Source: Paraspadella gotoi
Lineage: Eukaryota; Animalia; Chaetognatha
Assembly: GCA_051294375.1 (NCBI GenBank)
Contig: CM119270.1
Coordinates: forward strand, 18,719,546 to 18,783,545
Length of the DNA stretch: 64,000 bases
Direction of reading: 5' to 3'
Shown here: piece after piece, positions 1 to 22,823 of the stretch
How the letters are laid out: each line of letters begins with the position of its first letter
Numbering within the stretch: the stretch's first letter is position 1
The notes under the pieces: generated by a model
The model's input: the letters and a program-made list of their open reading frames with translations, nothing else
What the model was told of the DNA's origin: nothing
The model's database searches: none
Program-made: the position numbers and the translations under genes

Positions 1-9249
<9,249 letters not shown>

Positions 9250-9264
9250 CTATAGAGTGGAGAG

Positions 9265-9338
<74 letters not shown>

Positions 9339-9339
9339 T

Positions 9340-9394
<55 letters not shown>

Positions 9395-10507
9395 CCTCTT
9401 TCTTTTCTTTCTTTCTTTCCCTCTTTCTTTCTTTCTTTCTCTTTCTTTTTTCTTTCTTTCTTCTTTCTTTCTTTATTCTTTCCATTCTCATTTTTCTAAA
9501 AAGAATTTTCTATTTCATCAACCAAGAATCCATCAAACCTTCACGTCTCATTAATTTTTCTATTGGCAAATCGCGTCCCCTTTATCGACTCTTCATTGAC
9601 AACGACTTTTTCAATAGATTCACTGGTTCTTTCTCCGCAGCTGTAGCAGCAGCTACAGCGAGTGCAGTATTGCGGCAGCTGCTGCGTATTTAAAAAAACA
9701 AAAAACGAAACTTCATCTTTTATTCTTACTTCGTCGATGAGAAAGTGATTTTTTAATTCTTAATTGAATTCGTTTCTCCGTTTTTCATTTTCTCGTTTGA
9801 TTTTTGTTCCTTGATTTTCATTTCGTGCGATTTGTAGATTTAATGGAGATTTTTTTTTTTAGTTTTCACGAGTTTTTTTTTATTTGAAGAAATTAGGAAA
9901 TTTTTTTTTTTCGGAGTACGATTTTAAAACTAATCGTGAAAAGTTATTCTGCGTCTTTATCCATCTTCTTTCGCGGTCCCGATTTGTATAGCATATTCAA
10001 ATCTCATACAATTCAATGAAATTTTAGTTACCTTATTCATCTTTAAAAGCTGCGATTTTTAGTTTGTTAGGTTGACATTTTGTCGGGTAACAAAAGGCGT
10101 TCGTTATACGCTCTTTCTCTCTCTCTCTCTCTTTGTGTGTGTGTCTCTCTCTCTGTTTCCGTGGCCATTAGTTCTCATTGTCTTCCTCCTAGTGAACTCC
10201 GTTACTCTGAAAGACGAAAAGAAAAAAAGATCGGTTAGGAAAGCTTTTAAATTTCCTTGACGTGAGGGAGAGGGGGTGGAGGAACAGAAAGGAGAGGAGG
10301 AGGAAAGGAGGAGGAGAAAAAGCAGGAGGAAGGGCAGGAGGAGGAAGGGGAGGAGGAGAGGATTAAGAAGATGGGAAAGGAGAAAAGAAGTCAGAAAAAA
10401 AAGGCAAAGGAGAAATTCGGGGAGAGAGAGAGAGAGAGAGAGAGAGAAGAGAGAGAAGAGAAGAAGAGAAGAGAGAGAGAGGAGAGAGAGAGAGAGAGGA
10501 GAGAGAG

Positions 10508-10607
10508 AGACGCGGAACCCGGAAGTCTCTAACAAATAAAAAAAAACGCTTAATTAAATTAAAAATATAAATATTTCATAAACAAACTAACAGATAAACA
10601 AATTCAT
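10508..10607 (+). repeat. Dispersed repeat abutting (GA)n; inverted copy at about 19180-19290
   Basis: GGAACCCGGAAGTCTC...CGCTTAATTAAATTAAAAATATAAATATTTCATAAACAAACTAAC matches the reverse complement of 19180-19290. Confidence 0.75.
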
Positions 10608-11022
10608 GTTTGAGAAGGAAGAGGAGGAGGAGAAGGAGGAAGATGAGGAGGAAGTGGAGGAGGATGAGGAGGAAGAACAATAAGGAGCCGACGCGAAAAA
10701 GGGTGAGTTTATGAAGCCCGAGGGAAGTGAGTCTCGCCGCCGCTGAATTGAAGAGACGAAGGTAAGTTAATGGAGGCCCGGAGGTAAATGAGCTTCGCGG
10801 AGAAAACTGTGAATAAGACGGTGAGACGGCATTTTATGCAGGAGACCGTGAGACGGCTAATGGACCAAAGAACACAATGAGATGGAAAATTCGGCGAGAG
10901 ATGGCAATTTTTGCGCCAACCATTGAGAAGTCAAATTAGGCGTGAGACGGCGTGAAAGTCAATAACTCGAGACGCGTCATAATCGTCTTTCGAATATCAT
11001 TAATAAAATATATGTTGTTGTT

Positions 11023-11054
<32 letters not shown>

Positions 11055-11142
11055 TCGCAAAAGATAGAAAAAATGGAGGCTCATTAAATTATTTTATGAT
11101 TAAGAACGAAAAAGGAAAGACGACGACAACGGCTCTCCGGAG

Positions 11143-11193
<51 letters not shown>

Positions 11194-11194
11194 G

Positions 11195-11227
<33 letters not shown>

Positions 11228-12067
11228 TTCATGAAGATCGTAATTCAGAGTCAAGAAGAGTTTCTATAAAAGAAATAATGTCTGGAAAGAAGGAGGAGGA
11301 GGAGTAGGAGGAAGAGTACGAAGAAGAGGAAAGGAGGAAGAAGATAAGAGGAAGGGGGGGGGTAACCAAAGTCTGTACTACGTTGACGTCAACTCGCCTC
11401 CATTACTTTATCTTTCTCATTATTTTCGCCACAGTGACTCGAGAAAACTCGAAAGTCACTGTGATTTGAAACGTTTTCAACTTACTTTTCTTTCAGTTTC
11501 ATAAGATAAAAATATTATTACTTGGAAAGCGAAGCCTTGGCCAATTTAGAAATTTTAAAAAAAGTATTGATTGGGGAAAAGTAGAAAGAGAGAAAAAAAA
11601 AAGAAAGATAAAAAAAAGAAAGAGAAATTCAGTGAAAAGTCAGATCAAGTTGTCAAAAAAAAATAAAGAAAGACGTTGAATCCATCATTAAATCAGTCGC
11701 GTCTTGATCTCATTCTATATTTCTTTCCTTCTCCTTCACCTTATCATTCTCTTCTCCCTCTCCCTACTCATTCTCCCCCTCCTCTTCCTTCTCTTTCTAA
11801 TCCTTCTTCCCCCTCCCCCTCCTCTTCCTCCTTCTCCTTCTCTTTTTCTTCTTCCTCCTCTTCCTTCTCCTCTTCCTCTTCCTTCACATCCTCCTGCTTT
11901 TCCTCCTCCTCTTCCACCTCCTTATCATCCTTCTAATCCTTCTCCTCCTCCTCTTCCCTCTTCCTCTTCGCCTCTTTCTCATTGGATCTTCGAAAACGGG
12001 TAATTCAGATTACAATACATTTTTCTGTAACACTCTTTTCTTTGAATTAAGCTTACTTTTATGAACG

Positions 12068-12130
12068 CAGAAACGGACAAACAGACTCGAAAAAGCTTCT
12101 CGTAGAGTCGCGTCACGACGCGACTGAAAG
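12068..12130 (+). mobile_element. HINE/Helitron-like 3' end fragment with perfect hairpin
   Basis: ACGGACAAACAGAC...TAGAGTCGCGT-cacg-ACGCGACTGAAA (8-bp perfect stem). Same layout as the 2290-2330 end. Confidence 0.5.
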
Positions 12131-13131
12131 AAAAGGGTCACAGAAAAATCACACACAGACACAAGTCTTCACTCTTCGCTCATATAAAGGACCGCGTGTG
12201 AAACTTGAGAGGTCGACGGCAAAGGAAGATGGTGACAAAGGATGGTAAGTGAAGATGGCAACAGGGGGAGTGGCAGGAAAAAATGATACATAGAAGAGAA
12301 CTGGTATTAGACTCGAGTCAGAGTTGACTTTTTAAAGAAAGGGAAAACATGAAAAGTCTCGCATCAGTGACTAAGGATTGCAGAAGGAAGAGGGCAAAGA
12401 GAGGAAACTGCAACGCTACGTGATAACTGAAGATTATGTTTGGAAAATGTGACATGACATTTTGGAATAAGTATTGAGGCGGTTTCTTTGATGATAATGA
12501 GGATGATGATGAAGATGATGACGATGATTGATGATGATGATGATGATGCTTAGACAAAGAGAGAGAGGAAAAACAGTGACGACCCCGGTGAAGTAGAACA
12601 AAGCTAAAACACAAGGGAGATGGAAGAAGAGAAAGAGGAAAAGAAAAGAGGGAGGAAGAAGAGGAAGAAGGGGAGAAGAGAGGATGAGGGGAAGGAGAAA
12701 AGAGGATGAAGGTAAGAAGGAAAGAATAACAAACTTAAAATTAAATATGAATAAATAAAAAAAAGAATAACAAACTTAAAATTAATTATGAATAAATAAG
12801 TTTTCGATGTCGTTCGCGACAAAACTGAAGGAAAAAAAGGAAAGAGAAAAAAGACAACAGCGATAATCACGACGACGTCGACGACAACGACGACGTCGAC
12901 GACAACGACGACGTCAACGACGTCGACGACAACGACGACAACGACGATAGCGAATGAAAGCTATCGCTATGGCCTCCGTATGGAGCGATAATGTATAAGC
13001 GGAGGAAAAAAGATAAACTGGAAAAAATAGATGAGAAGAAAAAAAAGAAAATAAAAACTCTTTTGAGTACAAGAGGATTCAATATGAATGCCGTTGTTCG
13101 AAGAGTAATAGAATAAACAAAAACGAAAACA

Positions 13132-13264
<133 letters not shown>

Positions 13265-13649
13265 ACTCGGGGCCGTGAATGCTGTGACAGGCGACTGTTG
13301 TGACTCTGTTCATCCGTGACTTTCGCGATTTGTGAGAGAGTGAAGAACCGTGAATGTCACAATCGGTGACAGAAGCGAAGAAAAAGGAATGAATCGAGTG
13401 TCACAATTGAATGTCACAATTCAGAAGTAGTCAGAATCAATGATAAACTGACAAAGTAGGGTGATAACGCAAGCTAATTTGAATAAAATATTATTTAAAA
13501 TTTGAACGGTAAAATTAATTTTAATGTTTACAAACAATTATTTTTTTATTTAGATGGATATGTATCGGCTAATTTTTTTGCAAAGCTTGGTCAGCGTTTG
13601 TTACAAAAATGATTACGGCTTGCAAAAAATAAAGCCGAAACATGTCAAC

Positions 13650-13840
13650 TGTGGCAGCACGACAGTCCGTCCTCAGCCTCGACGAGCGTCCGGGTTTCAA
13701 TCCCTGGGTATCCCGCTTTTGGCTTAAGTGTAACGGAACCGGTCTAAACTTGCCAGTGACAGGAGGCGGTCCCTAATGGTCCGCAGCCCCTACGCCAGTT
13801 GTCTACGCCAGACTAGATTTCCAACTAAATCACACACTAA
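13650..13840 (+). mobile_element. Possible tRNA-related SINE
   Basis: B-box-like GGGTTTCAATCCC in a GC-richer island of about 190 bp ending in (CA)/A-rich sequence. Confidence 0.3.
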
Positions 13841-13894
13841 AAAATTTCAAGTAAATTGCTCTATTCACTCATAACTAATAGGCGTACATCTAAT

Positions 13895-14092
13895 AGGACG
13901 GACAGACGGAGGGACGCAGGATGGACGGACAACAATTTTTTTGACAAAATTCATCATAATTCGAAGTTCTGACATAATTCGAAGTTCTGACATAATCTAA
14001 GTGACCCAGCGACAATATTTTAGGGTGGGACCGACGGACAAATAACCTGGATTTGAGAGCCGGAATCTCTTGTAAGCAGATCAGGCTAAAAA
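13895..14092 (+). mobile_element. Second copy of the HINE-like element seen at 2152-2332
   Basis: GGACGGACAGACGG...ATCATAATT...TTTAGGGTGGGACCGACGGAC...GAGCCGGAATCT...AAGCAGATCAGGCTAAAAA. Confidence 0.55.
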
Positions 14093-14333
14093 CCGCAATG
14101 ACTAATTAAAATCAGAGATCGAAAAAGTGTTTAAAACCCACGATTTTAGGAACTGAGCTTATGGGAACCCTATTTAGACTTAACGGCTTCAATGTAACTA
14201 ACTTCCGGCGCAAAATTAACAAACTTTAAAAGAAATCAATCTTATACATTTGTACAATTTTACTCTTTTACCAGCCGACATTTTATGCGATTTTTTTTTA
14301 GATCGAAATACTAAATGGGCAAACTTTAGGTAT

Positions 14334-14405
<72 letters not shown>

Positions 14406-14808
14406 ATAACCGACAAACCTGAACTCCCGAAAACAGAAGCGACGATTTTTCGCCTTTCAATTTTTTTTTTTCGTCGACTCAGAATCCGAGCCTCAGGTGG
14501 CGCTGAGATGCGAACGAGCGAACCGACGGAAGTAGGAAAACCGGATAAACGGACAAACGGACGGTGTAATATGAGGAGGAGGAGGAGGAGTCGTCAATGT
14601 CGTCGTTGTGACCATTGTATTCGTTGTCGCTTGTATTTGTCCTAATCATCTTTGTTAATTACCACAAAAATGTAAGGAAAAAGTAGACTGTGCCAGTTGT
14701 TTAGCCAATATTTTTTGCCAGTTGTTTTGCCACTCGATGCCAATTGTCTCGACTGTGATGTTTTCAGTTCAAACTTTCTATCGAGCGACGCGAAATTAAG
14801 TAGCGCGG

Positions 14809-14900
14809 ATTACATCCGGGATCTTAAAGTCAGTGGTGCCTAAAACTTCGGGGATCTTAAAGTCAGTGGTGCCAATTACATCCGGGATCTTAAAGTCAGT
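14809..14900. repeat. About 32-bp tandem repeat x3 (GGGATCTTAAAGTCAGTGGTGCC core)
   Basis: Directly visible. Confidence 0.8.
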
Positions 14901-15807
14901 CACAAAAAGTGAGGAAGGTCGTAAAGGCTGGAAATCCCTCACTCCGCCGGATTCCAAGCCCAGGACCCGTGCCATTGCTGCTGTCTGCTGAGGGGGTACA
15001 GAAGATATGGAAAGTAGTCTTTATCCCACTTTGCGCCGTATCCACGCTTATTCATGCTTATAGGCAGGGTAAACTATTGCAATGCCCGACTACATATAGA
15101 AAGGATTATGTAAAGAAGAAATTTAAAAAAAAGAGAAAAAATTGAAAGCTAAAAAAGGAAGAAAAGATAAACAAAAGAAAATTAAAAAAAAAAAAGAAGA
15201 AAATGGTGGCCGGCGGACGAAACAAAAACGAACTGGTCGAACCCGGGTTGACGTTAATGCGCTTCGTGGGCGAGACTGCGCAAACATCAGCGCCGAATGG
15301 CGCCACAAAAAAAAAAAGCGCCGGTCTGGCGCCTTTCAAGACCTCGAGAAAAAAAATGGCGCCGCAAAGTTTAAAGTATCTGACGTAAAATGACGGTTCT
15401 TGATATTGAAGCGTTAACCGTCTGGCTTAGCACCGCAAAATCTTTGTCTCAGCGCCGCAAAAACCGCTGGTCTTGGCACCGCAAAAGCATCGGCTTCGGC
15501 AGGATGGCTACATCGCAGAGCGAAGCGCGAATGAGCTAAAAATTGAGGTTTGAATTATTAACTTTGCGTTGGACTTGTCGCAGTCGACGACGCGTTGCTA
15601 CTTATATCACGGATGAATTCGGGAACCGAAAATACATATTTATTCATGGATAGGAATTGGACTCTTACCGTTGAAAAAGCCAGCGGGCGGTTTTAGAAAA
15701 CGAGCCTTTGCTTTGAATTTGATTTGTGAAATGAACAAAAAAAGAAAGAGGAGACCAAGCTCTGTTTACTGTTCGCGTTGCGGCGTCGATTCTACAGGAT
15801 GTTTTTT

Positions 15808-16714
15808 NNNNNNNNNNNNNNNNNNNNNNNNNNNNNNNNNNNNNNNNNNNNNNNNNNNNNNNNNNNNNNNNNNNNNNNNNNNNNNNNNNNNNNNNNNNNN
15901 NNNNNNNNNNNNNNNNNNNNNNNNNNNNNNNNNNNNNNNNNNNNNNNNNNNNNNNNNNNNNNNNNNNNNNNNNNNNNNNNNNNNNNNNNNNNNNNNNNNN
16001 NNNNNNNNNNNNNNNNNNNNNNNNNNNNNNNNNNNNNNNNNNNNNNNNNNNNNNNNNNNNNNNNNNNNNNNNNNNNNNNNNNNNNNNNNNNNNNNNNNNN
16101 NNNNNNNNNNNNNNNNNNNNNNNNNNNNNNNNNNNNNNNNNNNNNNNNNNNNNNNNNNNNNNNNNNNNNNNNNNNNNNNNNNNNNNNNNNNNNNNNNNNN
16201 NNNNNNNNNNNNNNNNNNNNNNNNNNNNNNNNNNNNNNNNNNNNNNNNNNNNNNNNNNNNNNNNNNNNNNNNNNNNNNNNNNNNNNNNNNNNNNNNNNNN
16301 NNNNNNNNNNNNNNNNNNNNNNNNNNNNNNNNNNNNNNNNNNNNNNNNNNNNNNNNNNNNNNNNNNNNNNNNNNNNNNNNNNNNNNNNNNNNNNNNNNNN
16401 NNNNNNNNNNNNNNNNNNNNNNNNNNNNNNNNNNNNNNNNNNNNNNNNNNNNNNNNNNNNNNNNNNNNNNNNNNNNNNNNNNNNNNNNNNNNNNNNNNNN
16501 NNNNNNNNNNNNNNNNNNNNNNNNNNNNNNNNNNNNNNNNNNNNNNNNNNNNNNNNNNNNNNNNNNNNNNNNNNNNNNNNNNNNNNNNNNNNNNNNNNNN
16601 NNNNNNNNNNNNNNNNNNNNNNNNNNNNNNNNNNNNNNNNNNNNNNNNNNNNNNNNNNNNNNNNNNNNNNNNNNNNNNNNNNNNNNNNNNNNNNNNNNNN
16701 NNNNNNNNNNNNNN
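15808..16714. other. Assembly gap (N run); further gaps at 19310-19461, 35499-35796, 41917-41926, 53830-53854, 54587-54812, 63710-63726
   Basis: Runs of N. Confidence 1.
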
Positions 16715-18269
16715 NTTTCGGTCGGTCTGTCATTATTTTTTTGGCTTTGATATAATTAAGAGAAAATACATTTTTGATTTTGAAAATTTGCACAAATATT
16801 CTCTCTGTATATTGTATCACTAAAATAGCAAGTTGCCAAGCGTGACTTATTTCGTGAGCGAAAAAATAAAGCATTCCGGAAAGACTGTCAAGCCAAGATA
16901 TTTTTTTCTCTCTTGATATTTATTGGACCGCGCGATTTTTTTTTGGTTGTGTGTTGTTGTTTAAAGAGCAGAATACCTAATGGACGCGTTTTTAGGGGGG
17001 CGAACGGGCCAGACATTCAGAAATTTTTTATATTTTTATTTACATTAGGACATGTTTCGGCTCTTGCTTTAAGAAAAGAAAGGAAATAGCATAAAATTTA
17101 TATATTTAATTCTAATCTGTTACTAAAACTTTAACCTAATAACCCTAATCTTTAGCTCTGATCCCTAATCATAACCTGAAACCAAACCTTTAACCTCATC
17201 GCCTAATTTTTTACCCAAACCCTAAACCGTAAATTGTGGTCCCTGACCCTAATTCCTAACCCCGATCTCTAACTTAATATCTAACCTTAATCCTTTTTTT
17301 AAAATTTGTATCTTAATCCCTAACCCAAACCTTTGACCTAATTATTAAAACTGAAAAAATAGTTTAACTTTGAATTCAAGATGGAAAGGGACGTTAAGTG
17401 AAAATATGAGGTAAGTTGAAAATAAGCAAAGAAAAAAAAAGGAGAAAAGAGAAAGAGAGATAAGAAAAATGAAAAAAAGACTTGAAAATGATTTAGAGAA
17501 GGAAAAGAAGATAGGAAAATATTAAGTAGGGATAAAATGATCAGATACTAAGAGATAATTAGGTTAATGCGAAATCTGGGTCAGATAAGAAGAAAAAGGG
17601 TTCTATAAATATGGCCGAGAGGCACACAAATATAATAAAAAATCAATTACAGTATTTAAAAACATTGTCAAATTGAAAAAACTCCGTGCAGGCGACGCTC
17701 GACTAAGATTAGTTACGAAGTCGATTGAAGTCGCAAATCGCAAAATTGATTTGCGTCTGTCAGTCGCTCCTTTTTTTTTTAATTCGGAACCTTTCTTTTT
17801 TTATTACTTCTCTTATTTTCTTTATTTTCTTTACGATTTATTTTGGAATCCATTCCCGTCTGTTTATTCCTCTTATTTATTTCCTTTTCTCAAAGTACAA
17901 AGACTTCGTCGTCGTCTTCGTCGTTGTATTCGTCGTCGTTGTTCAAATCATTTGAGTTCCCAAATCATTTCCTTATTTCCTTATTTCCTTATTTCCTTAT
18001 TTCCTTAGTTCCTTATTTCCTTATTCCCTTATTCTTTCGCTTATTTTTTTCTTTCCCTTTCCTTTTATATGAAACCGATAAAAAAATTATCTATTCAATT
18101 AATAAATAAGATATCTTGCCCCAGACTTTGGACAGGCTTTGATGGTTTTAAGACCTCCATTTTTTCTTTTTTTATTTATTTATTTATTCCTCTTTATATA
18201 TTTTGTCCTATCTCCATATGGCAACAAAGCTATCCCCTTATTGCTTCTTACCGTTTTTCGATATTTTAG

Positions 18270-18374
<105 letters not shown>

Positions 18375-18514
18375 TTGCATTGAAAAAAAGAAAAAAAAAG
18401 CGCAACCTGAACTCAGCATAAATTTTAAAGGCTAAGGTTTCATCTAAAATCAATATTCCATAACTAATAGTTGAACATAATTGTAAATATGAAATTGGTA
18501 CAACCAATATAAAA

Positions 18515-18680
18515 ATTATCCATTCATTTAATAAATAAACTATCTTGCCCCTGACTTTGGACAGGCTTTGGTGGTTTAAGGCCTCCATCACTCTTACAAG
18601 ATAATTATATAGCAGGTCCCTGCAAGCTTTCAATCAAGACTCTCTCACAGAGTACCTGGCTTCCCTATCAATGAAGTGGA
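18515..18680 (-). mobile_element. Dispersed ~170-bp SINE-like repeat family (most complete copy)
   Basis: Core TATCTTGCCCCTGACTTTGGACAGGCTTTGG...CCTCCATCACTCTTACAAGATAAT...CAAGCTTTCAATCAA. Related copies at about 2920-3006, 5008-5142, 18090-18160, 28855-29010 and (reversed) 62605-62775. The strand is inferred from the AT-rich tail. Confidence 0.7.
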
Positions 18681-20570
18681 AAATATTTGAAAGAATGTTT
18701 CAATTGTATGAAAATGTATATTTTAACCATTCGACAATCAAATGCTTGTTTCTGTTCTTGATCGGCGCCAACTTAATGAAAAGTTTTGCTGTCAATCTAG
18801 AAATCAGTAACCGCTTTCCTTCTAACGTAAAAATTAAAAAAGGCAGGAAGTCATACATCATACATCATCTTTAATTTTATAAACCGTAAATACTATAAAT
18901 GTCCAAAATGGCCGATCAGCGGAATTCATCGAAAACTTATTAAAGTATCAATCGTAATACTTGTTAACGTAAAAGTCTTTCATCATTATCAAAATTAAAA
19001 TGTACTTACGGAATCAACTTTGCCAGAAAGCAAAATTTCGATTAAAAACGAATTTGAGAGAAAATGACGCGAATAATTATGTAATATGTTTTGAATTAGG
19101 ATTATTAATTTTACCTAACAAAATTTGCGTTTCTCTTTATGTCCGTTCGCTTGTTTTTTTATTTTTAAAAATTTATTTGTGTATTTGTTTATTTGTTAGT
19201 TTGTTTATGAAATATTTATATCTTTAATTTAACTAAGCGGTTTTTTTTTATTCGTTCGTTCGACTTGATGCGAGACTTCCGGGTTCCGTCTCTCTCTCTC
19301 TCTCTCTCTNNNNNNNNNNNNNNNNNNNNNNNNNNNNNNNNNNNNNNNNNNNNNNNNNNNNNNNNNNNNNNNNNNNNNNNNNNNNNNNNNNNNNNNNNNN
19401 NNNNNNNNNNNNNNNNNNNNNNNNNNNNNNNNNNNNNNNNNNNNNNNNNNNNNNNNNNNNNCGCGCTCTCAACGCGTCGTTGTGGTGAAAGAAGTGCGAA
19501 CGAAGGTCGACGCGCAATCGACGCGCGTGAATCGTGCGATGGCGCTTTGACGCGAGCGGCGCGGCGGCGGTGGCGGCGGCGGCGGCGGCGGTGGTGAAGC
19601 GGCGGCGACGCCGGCGCTGGGAACGCCAAAAACGTGGCGTTTCCGACGGCGCGGGAAACACGACAACACGCGAGCGTCAAAAAAAAAAAAAAAAAAAAAG
19701 AGAGAGAGTGAGAGAGACGTGATTCGATGACGACTCTCGTTCACCGAAACAAAATCACAATAGAAACAACGACAAAAACAACGAAACATGAAAACAACAA
19801 GAAAATATGAGAGGAATGCGTCGACGAAAACGACGACAATGAAGACGACGAAGAGTAAGACTGACCGACTGACTGAACGACAACGACGACAAAAAAAGAT
19901 TAAAACGACGACGAAGATGGGTACGAAGACGACAACGACGACGACGACGAAACACTCGACATTTTTAACCAAAATAACAAAAAATTCCGATCGACGACAC
20001 AAAACGTCGAAAGAGATTATCTCATCGATCCATTTTCTAGGGAAATAAAAATAGGGGGGGGGTCAGGGGAGTTAGGGGGGGTCGGGGGGGGGTGGTCAGA
20101 CGTGGTCAAGGGGAGAGAAATAAGAACCATTCAGCGTTGACCAATGAGGTAATGATAAATGCCTGAGTTCTCAGTGACTTGAGACAACAAAGACTCTGAT
20201 ATCCATTAATTTAATAAATAAGCTATCTAGATGTGTATCTTAAGAAATAATACGTATTATATACTCCGAAAACAACGACACCAATTCAGATATTGTAGAA
20301 AACAAAAGCCTCCAAATCAAAAATAATAAAAACAACAACGACAACAAAAACAAAAACAAAAACAACAACAACAAATGCAATGAGGAAGTCGAAGAATTCA
20401 CTCGAGAGAAAACTGTAGTCAGCGACGATGACGACGACGACGTCGACGTCAAGTCAAGGCGAAGAAGATGACGACGACGACGAAGACGACGATCAAAACG
20501 ACCACAACCGATAACGATGACGACGATGACGAAGATGACCAAGACAAAGGCAGGAACAAAGGAGAAGAAG

Positions 20571-21126
20571 GAAGATGATTCGATATTTAATCAAAATGGA
20601 AAAGGGACGAAGAAGATGATTCAATATTTGATGAAAATGGAAAAGTGACAAAGAAGATGATTTGATATTTAATCAAAATGGAAAAGTGACGAAGAAGATG
20701 ATTCAATATTTAATAAAAATGGAAAAGTGACGAAGAAGATGATTTGATATTTAGTCAAAATGGAAAAGTGACAAAGAAGATGATTCCATATTTAATCAAA
20801 ATGGAAAAGTGACGAAGAAGATGATTTGATATTTAATCAAAATGGAAAAGTGACAAAGAAGATGATTCGATATTTGATCAAAATGGAAAAGTGACGAAGA
20901 AGATTATTCGATATTTAATCAAAATTGAAAAGTGACGAAGAAGATGATTTGATATTTAATCAAAATGGAAAAGTGACGAAGAAGATGATTCGATATTTAA
21001 TCAAAATTGAAAAGTGACGAAGAAGATGATTTGATATTTAATCAAAATGGAAAAGTGACAAGGAAGAAGATTCGATATTTAATCAAAATGGAAAAGTGAC
21101 GAAGAAGATGATTCGATATTTAATCA
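20571..21126. repeat. 41-bp minisatellite (GAAGAAGATGATTCGATATTTAATCAAAATGGAAAAGTGAC)n, about 13.5 copies
   Basis: Contiguous near-identical units with no spacers. Confidence 0.95.
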
Positions 21127-21669
21127 AGTAATAATCAGACAATAATTCGAGTCTGGAAAACCAAATCTCATACAGTTTCGGCTTTATTGCCTTTCATTGT
21201 CTTTTTCTTATTCGTTGTCCTTCGTTACCTTTTCCTTTTTCCCTTTCTTTTCGTTTTCTTTCTTTTTTATTTTCTTTTCCTTTTCGGTTTCTTTCATATT
21301 TTTCTCTTTTCCCTTTAGATTCTTTTTTTTTTCATTTTTTTATTTATTTTTCTTTTTTATTTTTCTTTTCCATTTCTTTCTTTTTCCTTTTCCTTTTCAT
21401 ATCGTTTTTTAATTTTCTCTTTTAATTTTCGTTCTTTTATTCATTTTCTTTCTGTTTTTTTCTTCTTTTTTCTTTTTCTTTTCATTTTTTCTTTCTCTTT
21501 TCTAGTGCGATAATACTTTTTCAGGCTTTGAAACAACAACATCAACAACACAACGATAACAACAACAACGAGAACTACATCAACAACAACAACAACGACG
21601 AAGTGAAAAGCTTTTAAAGATATTTCGGCGAAGCGGAATGAGGAGCGGACAAAGCGTCGAGCGACTGAA

Positions 21670-21725
21670 TCACGTGACTATCCTCACGTGATCATACAGT
21701 TCGTCACGTGACGATCGTCACCTGG
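21670..21725. promoter_or_regulatory. Cluster of three TCACGTGA E-boxes (CLEAR/MiT-TFE-like)
   Basis: TCACGTGAC at 21670, TCACGTGAT at 21684, perfect GTCACGTGAC at 21703-21712, plus GTCACCTG at 21717. Confidence 0.5.
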
Positions 21726-22439
21726 ACTTGACGTGCCGTATATTTTTGGTCACTAGATGGCCTTTCGACTTACAACCGCCATTATCATTAACCATTTACC
21801 ATTGACCCGCAAATGCCAGCTTTAGCCCTCACCCGTCACTCCTTTTTGCCTTGGCAAATTTTTTAAACAATTTTTGGCAAATATTGGAAGAGAGAGAGGG
21901 GTGGGGGAGAGAGGGAAGAGAAAGTGGGGGGGAGAGAGGGAAGGGGGACTAAAGTGAGAGGTGGTGGGGAGAGAGGGAAGGGGGAGGGGGAGAGAGTTAA
22001 GGTGGACTAAAGTGAGAGGTGGTTTGAGGGAGAAAAGAGGGAGTGAACGATGAAAGGAAAAAGAGAGGGAGCGAGTAAAGAGAAACGGAGAGGAACGGGG
22101 GGTGGGGGAAGCGAGGCATTAACTCATCCTCATTTAAACCTTACCTCATCGTCCCCTCAACCTTACTCTGTCTTTTTACCCCGTCTTTATTTCGTCCTCA
22201 GTTCGATCTTGGACGTTAGACTTACGGGCTTGCATCTACTGTTTGATAGATGAAATAATTCTCAGATTTGTTTTATAATTTACGTCGCCGTTCGAATCTA
22301 ATTTTGAAGTTGAAATGTAACGGAACTCGTGTTTTTATTTAAATTAAATTTAAATTTTCACTGTTTTCCTAAATGTCTCGAATTTACTATATAAAGAAAC
22401 AGAACGGAGCGTAATTTGTATTTTAGGTAGAATATTGTT

Positions 22440-22781
22440 TCAAGTGGAATTCACACACTTTTCTCCTTCTTCACTTTCGCTGCCTCTTTCAATCTTGTTC
22501 ACAATCTTGTCATTTATAACGATTGGCTTTCGGTTCACCGCCCACGGTTGAATCTCGCCTTGAAAATTGTTGGTCAGAATGTATAAATACAACGTACATA
22601 TAACACATATTTATCTTTATTATGTTTAGCATATCAAGTCCTTTTTATCTTTATTAATCAACATCATCATTTAAAAACATCATCACTAGCATCAACAATG
22701 TCATCAAAACTATAATAATTTAGCATAATCGTATACATTATCATCATCATCATCATTCATCATGAACATTTATCATCTTTC

Positions 22782-22823
<42 letters not shown>

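Noticed and set aside
14490-14508. CTCF-like motifs (also at 32434) and ETS/YY1-like motifs near 14200-15360
   Set aside because: Short motifs expected by chance; no linked gene start identified.
14571-14671. Possible first exon of a type II membrane protein (MRRRRRSRQC… then LYSLSLVFVLIIFVNYHKN|GTAAG)
   Set aside because: It needs a frameshift to join the basic and hydrophobic parts, and I could not identify downstream exons (they might lie in gaps).
20571-21126. 41-bp and 44-bp (29782-30452) arrays as CRISPR-like
   Set aside because: Units are contiguous with no unique spacers, there are no cas genes, and the context is eukaryotic.
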